The notes: a model not told the origin generated them from the sequence alone. A stretch of 30,109 bases of DNA from Planctomycetota bacterium (GCA_046075145.1 JBJTPO010000204.1:1-30109); one strand, 5' to 3'; positions 7,507 through 16,727 are shown, numbered from the stretch's first letter. Translations and numbers: made by a program.

Positions 7507-9831
7507 ATGCGCACTTCAATCGCCAGCCACTGGGCCGAGATTCTTGCCGGAATCGTGATGACCGCGGCCGTCACGGTGACGCTGTGGCCTGAGCCGTCCG
7601 TCCGCCCGCTGACGCCCGCCGCCCAATGGCAAGTCGGAGGTGAAGCCGAGGCCCGCGTCGATCTCGGAGGCCTTCACCACACGTCGCATTTTCTCAGAGA
7701 CTCCGTCCGGTTCGACGGCGAGGCGGGATTCTGGCGGGTGTGGACCCCGAGCCAGGGAAACCGCCCGCTGCGACTGTCATCGCCGCCGTTCCCCGCTCCG
7801 CCCCTGCTCGCCATCCCGGTCACGGGCAAGACGAGCGGCACCAGCGGCCCGAACGCCATCTGGATCGAGCATCTCGCGAGCGGTCAGCGGCGGCCGGTGT
7901 GCTTCGGCAGCAACCACGTCAGTTTCAACGACGTCCTCGTCGCGGTGCCCCCGACCTGGGTCGGTGACGACGCGATCCTGCGGCTGGAAGGCACGGGCAA
8001 GGACAACATCGGGACCGGCAGCGTGTTCGCCGTGTCCTGGATTTCCTTCATGAAGACCACGTTCCTGGGCCGGCTGCCCGTCCTTGCGGCCGCGATGCTC
8101 GTCTACGGCTTGTTCATGTTCGTGGGTGCCGCACTGGCCGCCGCCTGCGATCGGGAGGAACTCTGCCTGCCGCTGGGGCTCGTGTCCCTCGGCACCTTCG
8201 CGATAGCGGCATTCTATGCCGTTCCCCTACTCCGGGCCGGAGGACTGCCGGCGGCAGGCGCCGTCCGGGGTGCCGTTGCCACGGCCGGCTTGATCGGAGC
8301 GGCTGCCCTCTGGGCCATGGGTGGTCCGGCACGGCGGCGGGGCTGGGAACGTGTGCGCGGGTATCTCTCCCTCTGGGTCTGGAGCACGCTGCTCGTGGCA
8401 GCCGTGTGCGGGGCGATCGGCACCGGCACCGGGCATTGGGAGCCGAATTATCGATTCTGGCCGGCGACCTGGTCGTCGGACCACGAACTGCCCTGGCGGT
8501 TCGCCGAAGGAATCCGACACGGCGACGCGCTGGCGACGATGTTCGGTGGCGGGTGGCGACCGACTGACCGACCACCCCTGATGGCCGCGGCCCACCTGTT
8601 GGTCGGCGACATCGTCGCGGCGCTGCAGGCGTTCAACGACGGCCCCCACCTCACCGGAGCGTTCTACAACTCGGTGGCGATCGCCCTTGGTGCGCTCTGG
8701 ATTCCGGTTGGCTACTGGCTCGTTCGTGAGGTGATCGGGGGTCTGACACAGCGGGACGCCTTGATGGTCGTCGGGTTCGCCGCGACCGTCCCCTATTCGT
8801 TCTTCACCACGACGTACGGCTGGCCCAAGTCTTTTGGGGCCGCCTTCGCACTCGCCTGCTTCGGCCTCGTGCTCGAGGATCGCCGCGGGTCGGCGGGAGC
8901 ATCCGCCAGGATCCCCTGCTTGGCGGCGCTGGCGGCCTTGAGCATGCTGGCCCATGCCAGCACCGCCGCCTTCCTCGCCCCACTGGCAGTCCTGTTTGCC
9001 GGCGGCATCAAGCGCCGGGCCTTGGTTCCCGTCGTGGTCGGCTCCCTGGTGGCAGGCATGCTCCTGAGCAGCTGGTCGGCGTACAAAAGGGTGATGCTGC
9101 CCAGCCACGATCCGGTCACCAAATACGCTCTGACGAACGACCTCGGCTTCGACCGGCCCGAGCAAACCTGGGTCGAGGCCGTCCGGGACCGCTACGCCGA
9201 CATGAGCCTGCCGGAGTGGCTGCGGCTCAAGCGAGAGATGCTGATCGATGCTGTCACACCGATGCGGTCGTGGCCGGCACAGGCACTGAAGCTGAACGCG
9301 GACGACGCCTCACGGCTCGCCCTGCTGAGGGCCTGGGATTTCCACGTGCCGACGTTCGGCAACGCCGCCGCCTGGCTCGCGGTTTTGGCCGCTTTAGCCT
9401 GCCTGAGTCGCGGCGGACCGGCGCTTCCCGGGGATGCTGCCGCATGGATGCTGGTCGTCGTGTCCGTCGCGAGCATGGCGTTCTACCTGCTCGTCTGCCT
9501 CGCATCGCCGATGCTGCACCACCTCCCGCAGGCGGGATGGTTTGGGCTGGCCCTCGGCGGCGGCGCCTGCCTGGCACACCGGTCGCCACGGTACCTGGCC
9601 CTCTTGCTCATGGCGCAACTCGTCTACTTCGGCATCGTGTGGCTCACCCACCCGCTCATGCATGCCGTCACGTTCGACGTCTCCGCGCTCGCCACCGCAG
9701 CCCTGCTGCTCACGGCGATGACGCGCCCCGCTCCTTCCAGGCGTGCACCATTGCCCGATACCGCACCGGCGGCGAGCCCGCGGGAATACCGGACATCGAC
9801 GGCGGACCCTGGACGACCTCGACTCCCTTGA
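7507..9831 (+). CDS. Polytopic membrane protein (~774 aa), possibly a GT-C-fold glycosyltransferase with an N-terminal extracytoplasmic domain
   Basis: N-terminal TM segment, ~150-aa soluble beta-rich segment, then many hydrophobic helices; loop motifs WSSDHELP and TDRPPL; glycan-locus context. The family assignment is inference. Confidence 0.7.
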   Translation: MRTSIASHWAEILAGIVMTAAVTVTLWPEPSVRPLTPAAQWQVGGEAEARVDLGGLHHTSHFLRDSVRFDGEAGFWRVWTPSQGNRPLRLSSPPFPAPPLLAIPVTGKTSGTSGPNAIWIEHLASGQRRPVCFGSNHVSFNDVLVAVPPTWVGDDAILRLEGTGKDNIGTGSVFAVSWISFMKTTFLGRLPVLAAAMLVYGLFMFVGAALAAACDREELCLPLGLVSLGTFAIAAFYAVPLLRAGGLPAAGAVRGAVATAGLIGAAALWAMGGPARRRGWERVRGYLSLWVWSTLLVAAVCGAIGTGTGHWEPNYRFWPATWSSDHELPWRFAEGIRHGDALATMFGGGWRPTDRPPLMAAAHLLVGDIVAALQAFNDGPHLTGAFYNSVAIALGALWIPVGYWLVREVIGGLTQRDALMVVGFAATVPYSFFTTTYGWPKSFGAAFALACFGLVLEDRRGSAGASARIPCLAALAALSMLAHASTAAFLAPLAVLFAGGIKRRALVPVVVGSLVAGMLLSSWSAYKRVMLPSHDPVTKYALTNDLGFDRPEQTWVEAVRDRYADMSLPEWLRLKREMLIDAVTPMRSWPAQALKLNADDASRLALLRAWDFHVPTFGNAAAWLAVLAALACLSRGGPALPGDAAAWMLVVVSVASMAFYLLVCLASPMLHHLPQAGWFGLALGGGACLAHRSPRYLALLLMAQLVYFGIVWLTHPLMHAVTFDVSALATAALLLTAMTRPAPSRRAPLPDTAPAASPREYRTSTADPGRPRLP

Positions 9832-10567
9832 ATCCGGCAGCTCGGACCAGCCCCTGCAGGGCCCGCAGGTTCGGCGCCCACCAGTTCGAGTAGTCCCCGT
9901 TCAGTTCATTGCCCGGGAAGAACTCACACAGGAGCAAGTCGCCCGCCCCGGGCACCTCCATCGCTTCGGTCTCGATCACGACCACCTCGCGGGTCAACGA
10001 GGCCACCTTGTGCAGTGCCGCCAACGGATTCTGCATGTGATACAGCACGCCGAGGAACAACACCACGTCGAACGTGCCGATCGTCCGCGGGTCAGCGAGC
10101 ATGAAGTCCTGAACGACTGCCTCTGCCCGGCTGCCCAGCGCCCGCCGGGCAAGATCGAAGCGTCGCTTGCCCGGCAATCCGGCCTGATCGAGCCTCCAGC
10201 GTAGGCACTCGGTTCGGTACGGAGGCGTTGGCGACACGCCTTGGGCCGCACACTCGGCCAGATAATCTTCGGTCAAGCAGGTCTCCAGTTCCCATACCTG
10301 CAGATCCAAGCTCACGACGCGGGCCGCGCCGCGGCGTTCCGCCTCGAAGGAATAGAACCCGTCGAAGGCACCGATATCCAGGACACTCTTGCCGCTGAGC
10401 GATGGGAGCCGCAGGGCATCGAGTTCCTTGGCCAACGTCGGGGCGCTCTTTTGCCCCTTGGTGACGACGCCATGACCAAGGTCGATCGAGTGGAACCAGA
10501 CCTCGCTCTCGGCGGCCGCCGCCAATTCCTGTGGATTCCCGATATCGATCGATTCGACGTTCTTCAT
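9710..10567 (-). CDS. Class I SAM-dependent methyltransferase (DUF1698/CmoB-like fold)
   Basis: WFHSIDLG, VLDIGAFDGFYSFEAERRGA, FDVVLFLGVLYH, NWWAPN. ATG 10567 is preferred over the long upstream extension. Confidence 0.88.
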   Translation of the reverse strand: MKNVESIDIGNPQELAAAAESEVWFHSIDLGHGVVTKGQKSAPTLAKELDALRLPSLSGKSVLDIGAFDGFYSFEAERRGAARVVSLDLQVWELETCLTEDYLAECAAQGVSPTPPYRTECLRWRLDQAGLPGKRRFDLARRALGSRAEAVVQDFMLADPRTIGTFDVVLFLGVLYHMQNPLAALHKVASLTREVVVIETEAMEVPGAGDLLLCEFFPGNELNGDYSNWWAPNLRALQGLVRAAGFKGVEVVQGPPSMSGIPAGSPPVRYRAMVHAWKERGASSP

Positions 10568-10616
10568 GACCGTTCTCTCGAAGCCTGCTCGTTCTTCCGG
10601 GCGAAGAATACCGTAA

Positions 10617-11348
10617 CTAGCCCGGCGAATACATTTGTAGCCCGACGCCGCGCCGACGACCCAGCCGCCGCCACCACGGACGCTGGGTGGCCCGTTCCAA
10701 GTCGAGCCCAAGGGATCGGATCTCAGGCCGTAGCGCCAGGAACGTGCTGAACAGCCGCTCCATGATGAAGGGAACGTACGGGGCGTCGATCTCGCGGTCG
10801 GCCCGCGACCAGGCGAGTGTGCGGTCGGCCGCGTCGAGCCCCTCCATGATCCGACGATACACCGGTTCGCAAAAGGCCATGTAGTCGTCCCAGAACCGGC
10901 GCGTGCCAGCCCAATAGTTGCAGAACAGGATCTGCTCGCTGGGCTGCTCGAGCGTCGCCAGATCGACGGCGATCCCGACGGCGTCGAGGAGCCGCTGGGC
11001 CAGGCCCGTGATCCCGGGATGGTGAATCTCGGCCTGCTGCCAGATGCCGGCGAACGGCCGCGGCTCAACCCGATGCGGATGGACGAACCATACGTCGTGG
11101 CCCGGATGGCGCCCGATGAACTCGACGAAAGCTCGGCCAGCGAGGCCGGTCTTGGTGCCGAACTTCCACGACAAAAAGCCCGTCACATCCCCCGCGCCGC
11201 AGCGGCCAGCGAGCCACTCCGTGCGGAACACGTGATACTCCCGCCACTCGGGTCGCGGGTTCGCCCGGTTGTCGTAGGGGATGAAGGCGCGGTCGAGGGC
11301 CGACCGTTGGGCGTCGGCGTAGAAGATTTGGTGGATCCGAACGGCCAT
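10617..11348 (-). CDS. Uncharacterised glycan-locus protein (possibly glycosyltransferase-like)
   Basis: Globular-looking 243-aa ORF (HQIFY, PEWREY, GFLSWKF, FCNYW, PFIMERLFS), 8 bp downstream of the preceding minus-strand gene. Confidence 0.7.
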   Translation of the reverse strand: MAVRIHQIFYADAQRSALDRAFIPYDNRANPRPEWREYHVFRTEWLAGRCGAGDVTGFLSWKFGTKTGLAGRAFVEFIGRHPGHDVWFVHPHRVEPRPFAGIWQQAEIHHPGITGLAQRLLDAVGIAVDLATLEQPSEQILFCNYWAGTRRFWDDYMAFCEPVYRRIMEGLDAADRTLAWSRADREIDAPYVPFIMERLFSTFLALRPEIRSLGLDLERATQRPWWRRLGRRRGVGLQMYSPG

Positions 11349-11356
11349 GGGCTGTC

Positions 11357-12211
11357 TCAGGTCGGCTGCAGGGCCACGATCACCTGGAGCGGATCGTGCC
11401 CGGTCCACTCGACCTGGACGATGCGCCAGTCGGGGGCCAGGCGTTGGAGGTGATCGAGCGACATTGACGTGTCGCCATAGCTGATATCGCCCGCTGCCGT
11501 GGGCGTCCTTCGGTGGGGCAAAAAGGCGAACCCCTGTTCCCGATGCCGCGCTTCGTAGTCTTCGAATCCGCTGCCGCCCCACTGCCTCCAGTACTCGATG
11601 GGCCGGATGGTCAGACAAAGCAGACCGTCTTCCCGTACGACCTGTCGCAGGGTCGCCAGAACCGTCCGCGCCGTCTGCTCGCTAAGATGCGTGAATACAC
11701 TGAACGAAAAAATGAGGTCGAATGGCCTGCGGAACGGTAGGGTCGCCGGGACCTCCTCACTCACCGCCAACGGGCACCTCAAGCCGCTCTCCTGGCAGAG
11801 CCGAATCGATTCACCCCAGGAGTCGACGCCATGCAAGGCCGGCTCGGGAACCGCATGGAGGAGCAGCCGCAGAAGCCTGCCCCAGCCACAGCCGAAGTCG
11901 AGAATGCTCGCCGAGTCGATGCCTCGCCGGGCATGTCTTCCCCACAGGCCCAGCAGCGTTCGCACAAAGGCCAGCGACTGAATCATCAGCGGCATGCCAT
12001 GGTTGCCGGTCCAGTTACGCTGGACCTGCTCCGCGGGCATCGACGGCAGGCGGGCCGCCAGCGCCGGCCACTGTTCAGGCACGCCGATCAGCAGTTCGCC
12101 GAACACCTCGAGTGGAATGGTTCGCATCGCCTCGGAAATCGTCAGATTTCGATCATCGGCCAGGAGGCCGTCGATCCGCGCCAGTTCCGTCTCGAAAAGT
12201 TCGAGCATCAT
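11357..12211 (-). CDS. Class I SAM-dependent methyltransferase
   Basis: ILDFGCGWGRLLR (motif I), FDLIFSFSVFTHL. Start overlaps the stop of the upstream giant gene (ATGA/TGATG; ATG 12211 or 12208). Confidence 0.9.
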   Translation of the reverse strand: MMLELFETELARIDGLLADDRNLTISEAMRTIPLEVFGELLIGVPEQWPALAARLPSMPAEQVQRNWTGNHGMPLMIQSLAFVRTLLGLWGRHARRGIDSASILDFGCGWGRLLRLLLHAVPEPALHGVDSWGESIRLCQESGLRCPLAVSEEVPATLPFRRPFDLIFSFSVFTHLSEQTARTVLATLRQVVREDGLLCLTIRPIEYWRQWGGSGFEDYEARHREQGFAFLPHRRTPTAAGDISYGDTSMSLDHLQRLAPDWRIVQVEWTGHDPLQVIVALQPT

Positions 12212-15200
12212 GCAACTCGCAATGAGATTGAGGGGATGTCGCGAGGGGTCGCGGCGCGAGGCCCACGACAAAGGATCTTGACGAGCCGGGTGAGGTCGGC
12301 CTCCTGGCGGGCGGCGATCGTCGCGTGCTGGCCCCGCAACTCCTCCGCGGCCGGCGGCGCAGCGAGCATCGTGCGGATGGCGGTGGCGATGCTCTCGAGG
12401 TCGAAGGGGTCGCAGGGGATCGCCGCGGCACCGCAGACCTCGGGTACCGCCGTGTTGGCGGCGACGACGCTCGGGGTGCCGTGGGCCATGGCCTCGAGCG
12501 GCGGATACCCGAAGCCCTCGTTCAACGACGGGTAGAGCAGGAACCGGGCCTCGCGGTAGAGGTATTCGAGCCGCTCCGGCGGCAGATATGGCAGCGTGAC
12601 GAAGCGGCCTGGATTGGCGAGCGACACCAGGCCCAGGTCGTCCATCCGGCCGATCCCGGTGAACAGGAGCTTCAGCCACGGATGCTCCGCCGCGAAGCGG
12701 GGGTCGGAGCAGAGCCGATCGAAGGCAACCGCGGCGGTGACGGCGTTCTTCTCGATGCGTCCGGCGTTGATCATCAGGGCGAACTCGTCGCGGCCCGGTT
12801 CGACGCCCGGCAGGGCGAACGGCTCGGGGGCCGGCCGATCCTTGGCGGGTGAAAACAGCACCTCGAGAGGCCGGTGGCAGCCGACGCTGGCTCGGATCGT
12901 GGCGGCTGAGTACTCGGACACCGTCACCAGCCTGTCGATCGCGGGGCTGGCACAGATGCCTTCGTACATGGTCCGCAGCTGCCCAGCGATCCCCGCCTGT
13001 CGGGCTACCTCCTGCCGCACCTGAGGCGGGCTCATCGCCTCCTCGGTTCGGCAGCCGCTCGCCCGGCGCACCTCGAGCACCCGCTCCCACTCCTCCGCCA
13101 GCACCTGGTCGCGGATGTCGTGCAGCGTGCCGACGACATAGGTCGGGCCGGCCGTGAAGCCGAGTTCGCCACCGACCCGCTTCTGATACTCGTAGCCCGT
13201 GTAGACGACGATCGCCGGGGCGAAGAAGGAGCTGAACAGGCCCGCGTTGACGAGCCCCGTGATCTCGGCGAACGACTTCACCGCCACGATGTTGACGGCA
13301 TGCTCGCGGCAGGCCTGCCACACCCAGCCGTCGATGAACAAGGCCGGGTCGAGCGCGGCCCAGAGCTGCACGTCGCCCCGTGCGGCCGTCGCGGCGACGA
13401 GCGCCTTGAACACGGCCTTGCCGTACTCACCCCCGCCGTGAAAGCCCGGCTGGCAGAAGAGCAGGTCCACGAGCACGTGCGTCCGGCCGTCGGCGGTGAG
13501 CGGCTCGATCTCGGCGGTGTCGGGCCCGAGCCACTTCCCCCGACTGGCCGCCTCGTGCCGCTCGAGCCGTCTCCGGCAGAGCGCGGCCGTCTCGATCACC
13601 GCGTCGTAGCCGAGTGCGAGCTTGCGCCGCTCGGGCACCTTCGCCGTGGACACGCCCTCCTCGTGGGCGATCACGATCCGTGGGTCGTAGACGGCCTGGT
13701 GGCCGGTCAGAAGGCAGTCCACCGCCAGCAGGAACTCCTCCCCGTAGAGAAACGTCCGCTCGTCGAAGGCCCGCGCGCGCTCCGCCGTGAACACGGGCGA
13801 GAAGACGTAGGCGGCGCCCTGGAGGATCGGCTCATGGAGCGTCGTCGCCGCGGGGCTGCGGCGACCCAGGCGGCGGAACTCGGCCGGCCCGCCCTCCTCC
13901 CAGGTGACCCGCTGCCGCTCGTAGAGATCACCCAGGGCCGCCCACTCGCCGGCGTCGTAGACCTCGTCGTTCCACGGGTTCTCGTGACGTCCGTCGGGCG
14001 TGACGATGTCGGGCCCGAGCACCGACCAGGCCCGCTCCGCGAACGAGGCCAGGCACTTGGCGACGAACTCGGGATCGCCCACGACCGTGTCGTTGTTGAT
14101 CACGGCGATGAAGCCGGCCCCGAGAACGTCCCGGGCATGCGTGTAGCCGACGTTGTTGCCCTTGGCGAAGCCCAGGTTTTCGCCGGTGAACAGGAGCGTC
14201 ACGTCGGGCAGCGCGGCGAACAGCGTCCGGGTCTTTTCCACCGCGGCCGGCTCGGAACCGTTGTCGACCACCACGATGCGCACCCGACGGCCACCGGTCG
14301 GGAGCCGCCGCAGCGAGGCGACGCAGCGGGCCGTGACCTCGGGCTGGTTGAACTGGAGGACGACGAACGCGAAGGGATCATCGGCCCCCGGTCGGGCGGC
14401 GCGCGCCGCGGCGGCGACAGCCGCCGGGGAGTCGAGCGGGAAGACTTCCTGACCGATCGTGCACCCGGGCCGGCCCTGGTCGAGCGCGAGGCGATGGCCC
14501 GCGGCCGCCAGCCCCGCGATCGCCGCCACCTGGTTGAGCAGAAAGCCGTGCGACGCCTCGGGCACGCCGCCGCCGAACAGCGTGCGCAGCCGGGCCCGGC
14601 GGTGTTCGATCGCGGCGGTGTGCCGGTTCGGTACGAGTGGGGCCGAAACCGTCCGGACGGACGCCGCCACCGGAGCCCGCCCCCCGGCGGGCCGGGGCAG
14701 GAGCGCCGCCGCGGTCTCCTCCAGCACCCGATAGCCGTGCCGCATGTCGGGCTCGAGGTGGGCGCCTTCGGCCCACTCGTTCCAGGCGTTGATGAACACG
14801 AGTTGCCGCTCGGGCGGCTGCTCCCGCTGCATCTGCTCCACCACACCCCGCAACCAGCGGCCGTAGAGTTCGGGTGAGGAGTTGACCCAGGCCGTGGCCC
14901 GCTCCATCCGCCGGGCCGTGTTGTCCCAGCCGGGCATCACGCCGCGGTACAGCGGGTAGTCGGCCGGAGGCCGCGCGAGCGAATGACAGATCGCTTCGCG
15001 GTAGTCGAGCACGCCGCCGCGGAAGCGGCGATCCATGCCGGCAAGGCCGGTATCCCGCAGGTTCGTGGCGGGAATCTGCAGCGGCGGAAACTGGATCGCC
15101 GCGTCGAAGCCGTAGCTTCGCGGGTCGGCCTTGTCGAAGGAGTGCACGGCGGCCAGATGCAGCCCCGGCAGGCCCTCCCGCTCGGCAAGTCGCCGCCACC

Positions 15201-16551
15201 GGTCCGCGGTCGCCGCCGGTTCGGCCAGCAGGCCCGGCCGGTAGACGGCCAGGAGCGGCCGCCCGTCGACGGTGATATATCGCTCGTCGCGGAGGGCCGG
15301 CAGCAACTCCCGGAGAAACCGTTCGTCGCCGTCGGCCGAGTGCCGCTGCTCCAGGAGCACCTCGCGGTCGAGGCCGTCCCAGGTCCGCGTCCAATTCTCG
15401 TTGGCCCAGCATAGGCAGAAGGGAAAGTCAGGGCGGCCGCTCGCCAGGAGCTGCTCGACCGGCTTCTCGAGGATCCGCCGGCCGTCGAACCAGTAGTGGT
15501 AGAAGCAGAAGCCGTGGATGCCGTGCCGGCGGGCCATCTCGGCCTGCCGCTCGAGCACGCCCTCCTCGGCCAGGTCGTAGTAGCCGAGGTCGGGGTGCGG
15601 CACGTGCGGCTGCTGGTGGCCGGCGAACATCGGCCGGGCCCGCCGCACGTTCGTCCACTCGGTGAAGCCCTCGCCCCACCAGGCGTCGTTCTCCGGCACG
15701 CGGTGGAACTGGGGCAGGTACATCGCGATCGCCCGCACGTGGCCGCGGTTGGCCGGACCGGCCATGACCGGAGCCGCGGCCGGGCCCGCCGCCGCCACGC
15801 CGCCGGGTGCATAGGCGACCGCCGCCGCGGCCCGCGCGTCTGCGCCGGCCGGCTCGTATTCGGTGACCAGGAAGTGCACGAACGGATTGACGTCGGCCGC
15901 GAGGGGTACGGGCCGGGCGGCCACATAGGCGGCCAGCGAGAAGCCGGGCGAAGGCTCGCGACGCTCCCGCCAGCCCGAGCCGAGGAAGTGCGACAGTGGC
16001 TCGAGACCAGCCAGCGCCACGTCCGGGTTGCGGTCAAGGTACCAGCCGACGTCAAACAGCGGATGCGGGATCCGGCCCTCGCGCCAGCCCGCGGTGAGGT
16101 AGTGCTCGAGGGGTTCGAGCCCGGCCGCTGCGACGTCGGCATGGGCCGCCAGATAGCCGGCGGCATCGAAGGCCGGATGCGGCGAGCGGCCCTCCCGCCA
16201 GCCTTGCGTGAGGTAATGCAGCAGCGGTTCGCAGCCTGAGGCCGTCACGTCGGGATAGCGGACGGCGTACCACGACGGGTCGAAGAGCGGATGCGGCTGG
16301 CGGCCCTCCCGCCAGCCGTGCGCGACATAGTGGGTGAGCGGATCGAGCCCGGCGGCCCGCACGTCGGGGTGGCAGCCGAGATACCAGGTGGCATCGAACA
16401 GCGGGCTAGGCGAGTGCCCCTTCCGCCAGCCACGGCGGCGGTAATAGGCCCACGGCCGCCAACGGATGCGCGGGCGACTCGCGCCATACCGGGTGGCGTA
16501 CCAGCGTGCGGCGAAGTAGGGACGCAGGTCGGGCCGCATCGGATCCGGCAT
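12208..16551 (-). CDS. Multidomain glycosyltransferase: 38-aa repeats - WbsX/GH99-like - GT2 - GT4 (paralog of the 2-5932 core)
   Basis: AIAMYLPQFHRVPENDAWWGEGFTEWTNV, NAWNEWAEG, IVVVDNGS, INNDT, YGEE, HGGGEYGK, EGFGYPPLE. Start is ATG 16551 (or 16539). Confidence 0.92.
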   Translation of the reverse strand: MPDPMRPDLRPYFAARWYATRYGASRPRIRWRPWAYYRRRGWRKGHSPSPLFDATWYLGCHPDVRAAGLDPLTHYVAHGWREGRQPHPLFDPSWYAVRYPDVTASGCEPLLHYLTQGWREGRSPHPAFDAAGYLAAHADVAAAGLEPLEHYLTAGWREGRIPHPLFDVGWYLDRNPDVALAGLEPLSHFLGSGWRERREPSPGFSLAAYVAARPVPLAADVNPFVHFLVTEYEPAGADARAAAAVAYAPGGVAAAGPAAAPVMAGPANRGHVRAIAMYLPQFHRVPENDAWWGEGFTEWTNVRRARPMFAGHQQPHVPHPDLGYYDLAEEGVLERQAEMARRHGIHGFCFYHYWFDGRRILEKPVEQLLASGRPDFPFCLCWANENWTRTWDGLDREVLLEQRHSADGDERFLRELLPALRDERYITVDGRPLLAVYRPGLLAEPAATADRWRRLAEREGLPGLHLAAVHSFDKADPRSYGFDAAIQFPPLQIPATNLRDTGLAGMDRRFRGGVLDYREAICHSLARPPADYPLYRGVMPGWDNTARRMERATAWVNSSPELYGRWLRGVVEQMQREQPPERQLVFINAWNEWAEGAHLEPDMRHGYRVLEETAAALLPRPAGGRAPVAASVRTVSAPLVPNRHTAAIEHRRARLRTLFGGGVPEASHGFLLNQVAAIAGLAAAGHRLALDQGRPGCTIGQEVFPLDSPAAVAAAARAARPGADDPFAFVVLQFNQPEVTARCVASLRRLPTGGRRVRIVVVDNGSEPAAVEKTRTLFAALPDVTLLFTGENLGFAKGNNVGYTHARDVLGAGFIAVINNDTVVGDPEFVAKCLASFAERAWSVLGPDIVTPDGRHENPWNDEVYDAGEWAALGDLYERQRVTWEEGGPAEFRRLGRRSPAATTLHEPILQGAAYVFSPVFTAERARAFDERTFLYGEEFLLAVDCLLTGHQAVYDPRIVIAHEEGVSTAKVPERRKLALGYDAVIETAALCRRRLERHEAASRGKWLGPDTAEIEPLTADGRTHVLVDLLFCQPGFHGGGEYGKAVFKALVAATAARGDVQLWAALDPALFIDGWVWQACREHAVNIVAVKSFAEITGLVNAGLFSSFFAPAIVVYTGYEYQKRVGGELGFTAGPTYVVGTLHDIRDQVLAEEWERVLEVRRASGCRTEEAMSPPQVRQEVARQAGIAGQLRTMYEGICASPAIDRLVTVSEYSAATIRASVGCHRPLEVLFSPAKDRPAPEPFALPGVEPGRDEFALMINAGRIEKNAVTAAVAFDRLCSDPRFAAEHPWLKLLFTGIGRMDDLGLVSLANPGRFVTLPYLPPERLEYLYREARFLLYPSLNEGFGYPPLEAMAHGTPSVVAANTAVPEVCGAAAIPCDPFDLESIATAIRTMLAAPPAAEELRGQHATIAARQEADLTRLVKILCRGPRAATPRDIPSISLRVA
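15850..16401 (-). repeat. Tandem 114-bp (38-aa) repeats, consensus LFDxxWYLxxxPDVxxAGLxPLxHYxxxGWREGRxPHP
   Basis: Four clear units starting at 16401, 16287, 16173 and 16059, a degenerate fifth from 15945, and a degenerate unit before 16401. Confidence 0.9.
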
Positions 16552-16727
16552 GCGAGCAGGTCTCTCATCGGGCACAAGGGGCGAACCCGGGCGGCCCGGC
16601 GGGCCCCGGTGAGCGGGTGGGTACCGCGCGGTCCCGCTCGGGGTCAAGGTCGGCGGTAGCCCCGGCAGGCGACGCAGAGCGGGCAAGGAGGGCAGGCTGT
16701 GAGCCTCGATGCCGGACACCGCAGGCG

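Noticed and set aside
9710-10567. Naming the methyltransferase cmoB
   Set aside because: Only the generic fold matches; it is shorter than CmoB and sits in a glycan locus.
10568-13321. Long N-terminal extensions in the ORF track (9710..11068, 11357..13321; also 6242, 7354, 16719, 26931 and 26520 starts)
   Set aside because: The extensions overlap other real genes or promoter regions and are low-complexity; internal ATGs with coupling or Shine-Dalgarno signals fit better.
16618-16647. TTGACC-N18-TACCCA as promoter of the minus-strand giant gene
   Set aside because: The -10 lacks the conserved final T; too weak to list as a feature.
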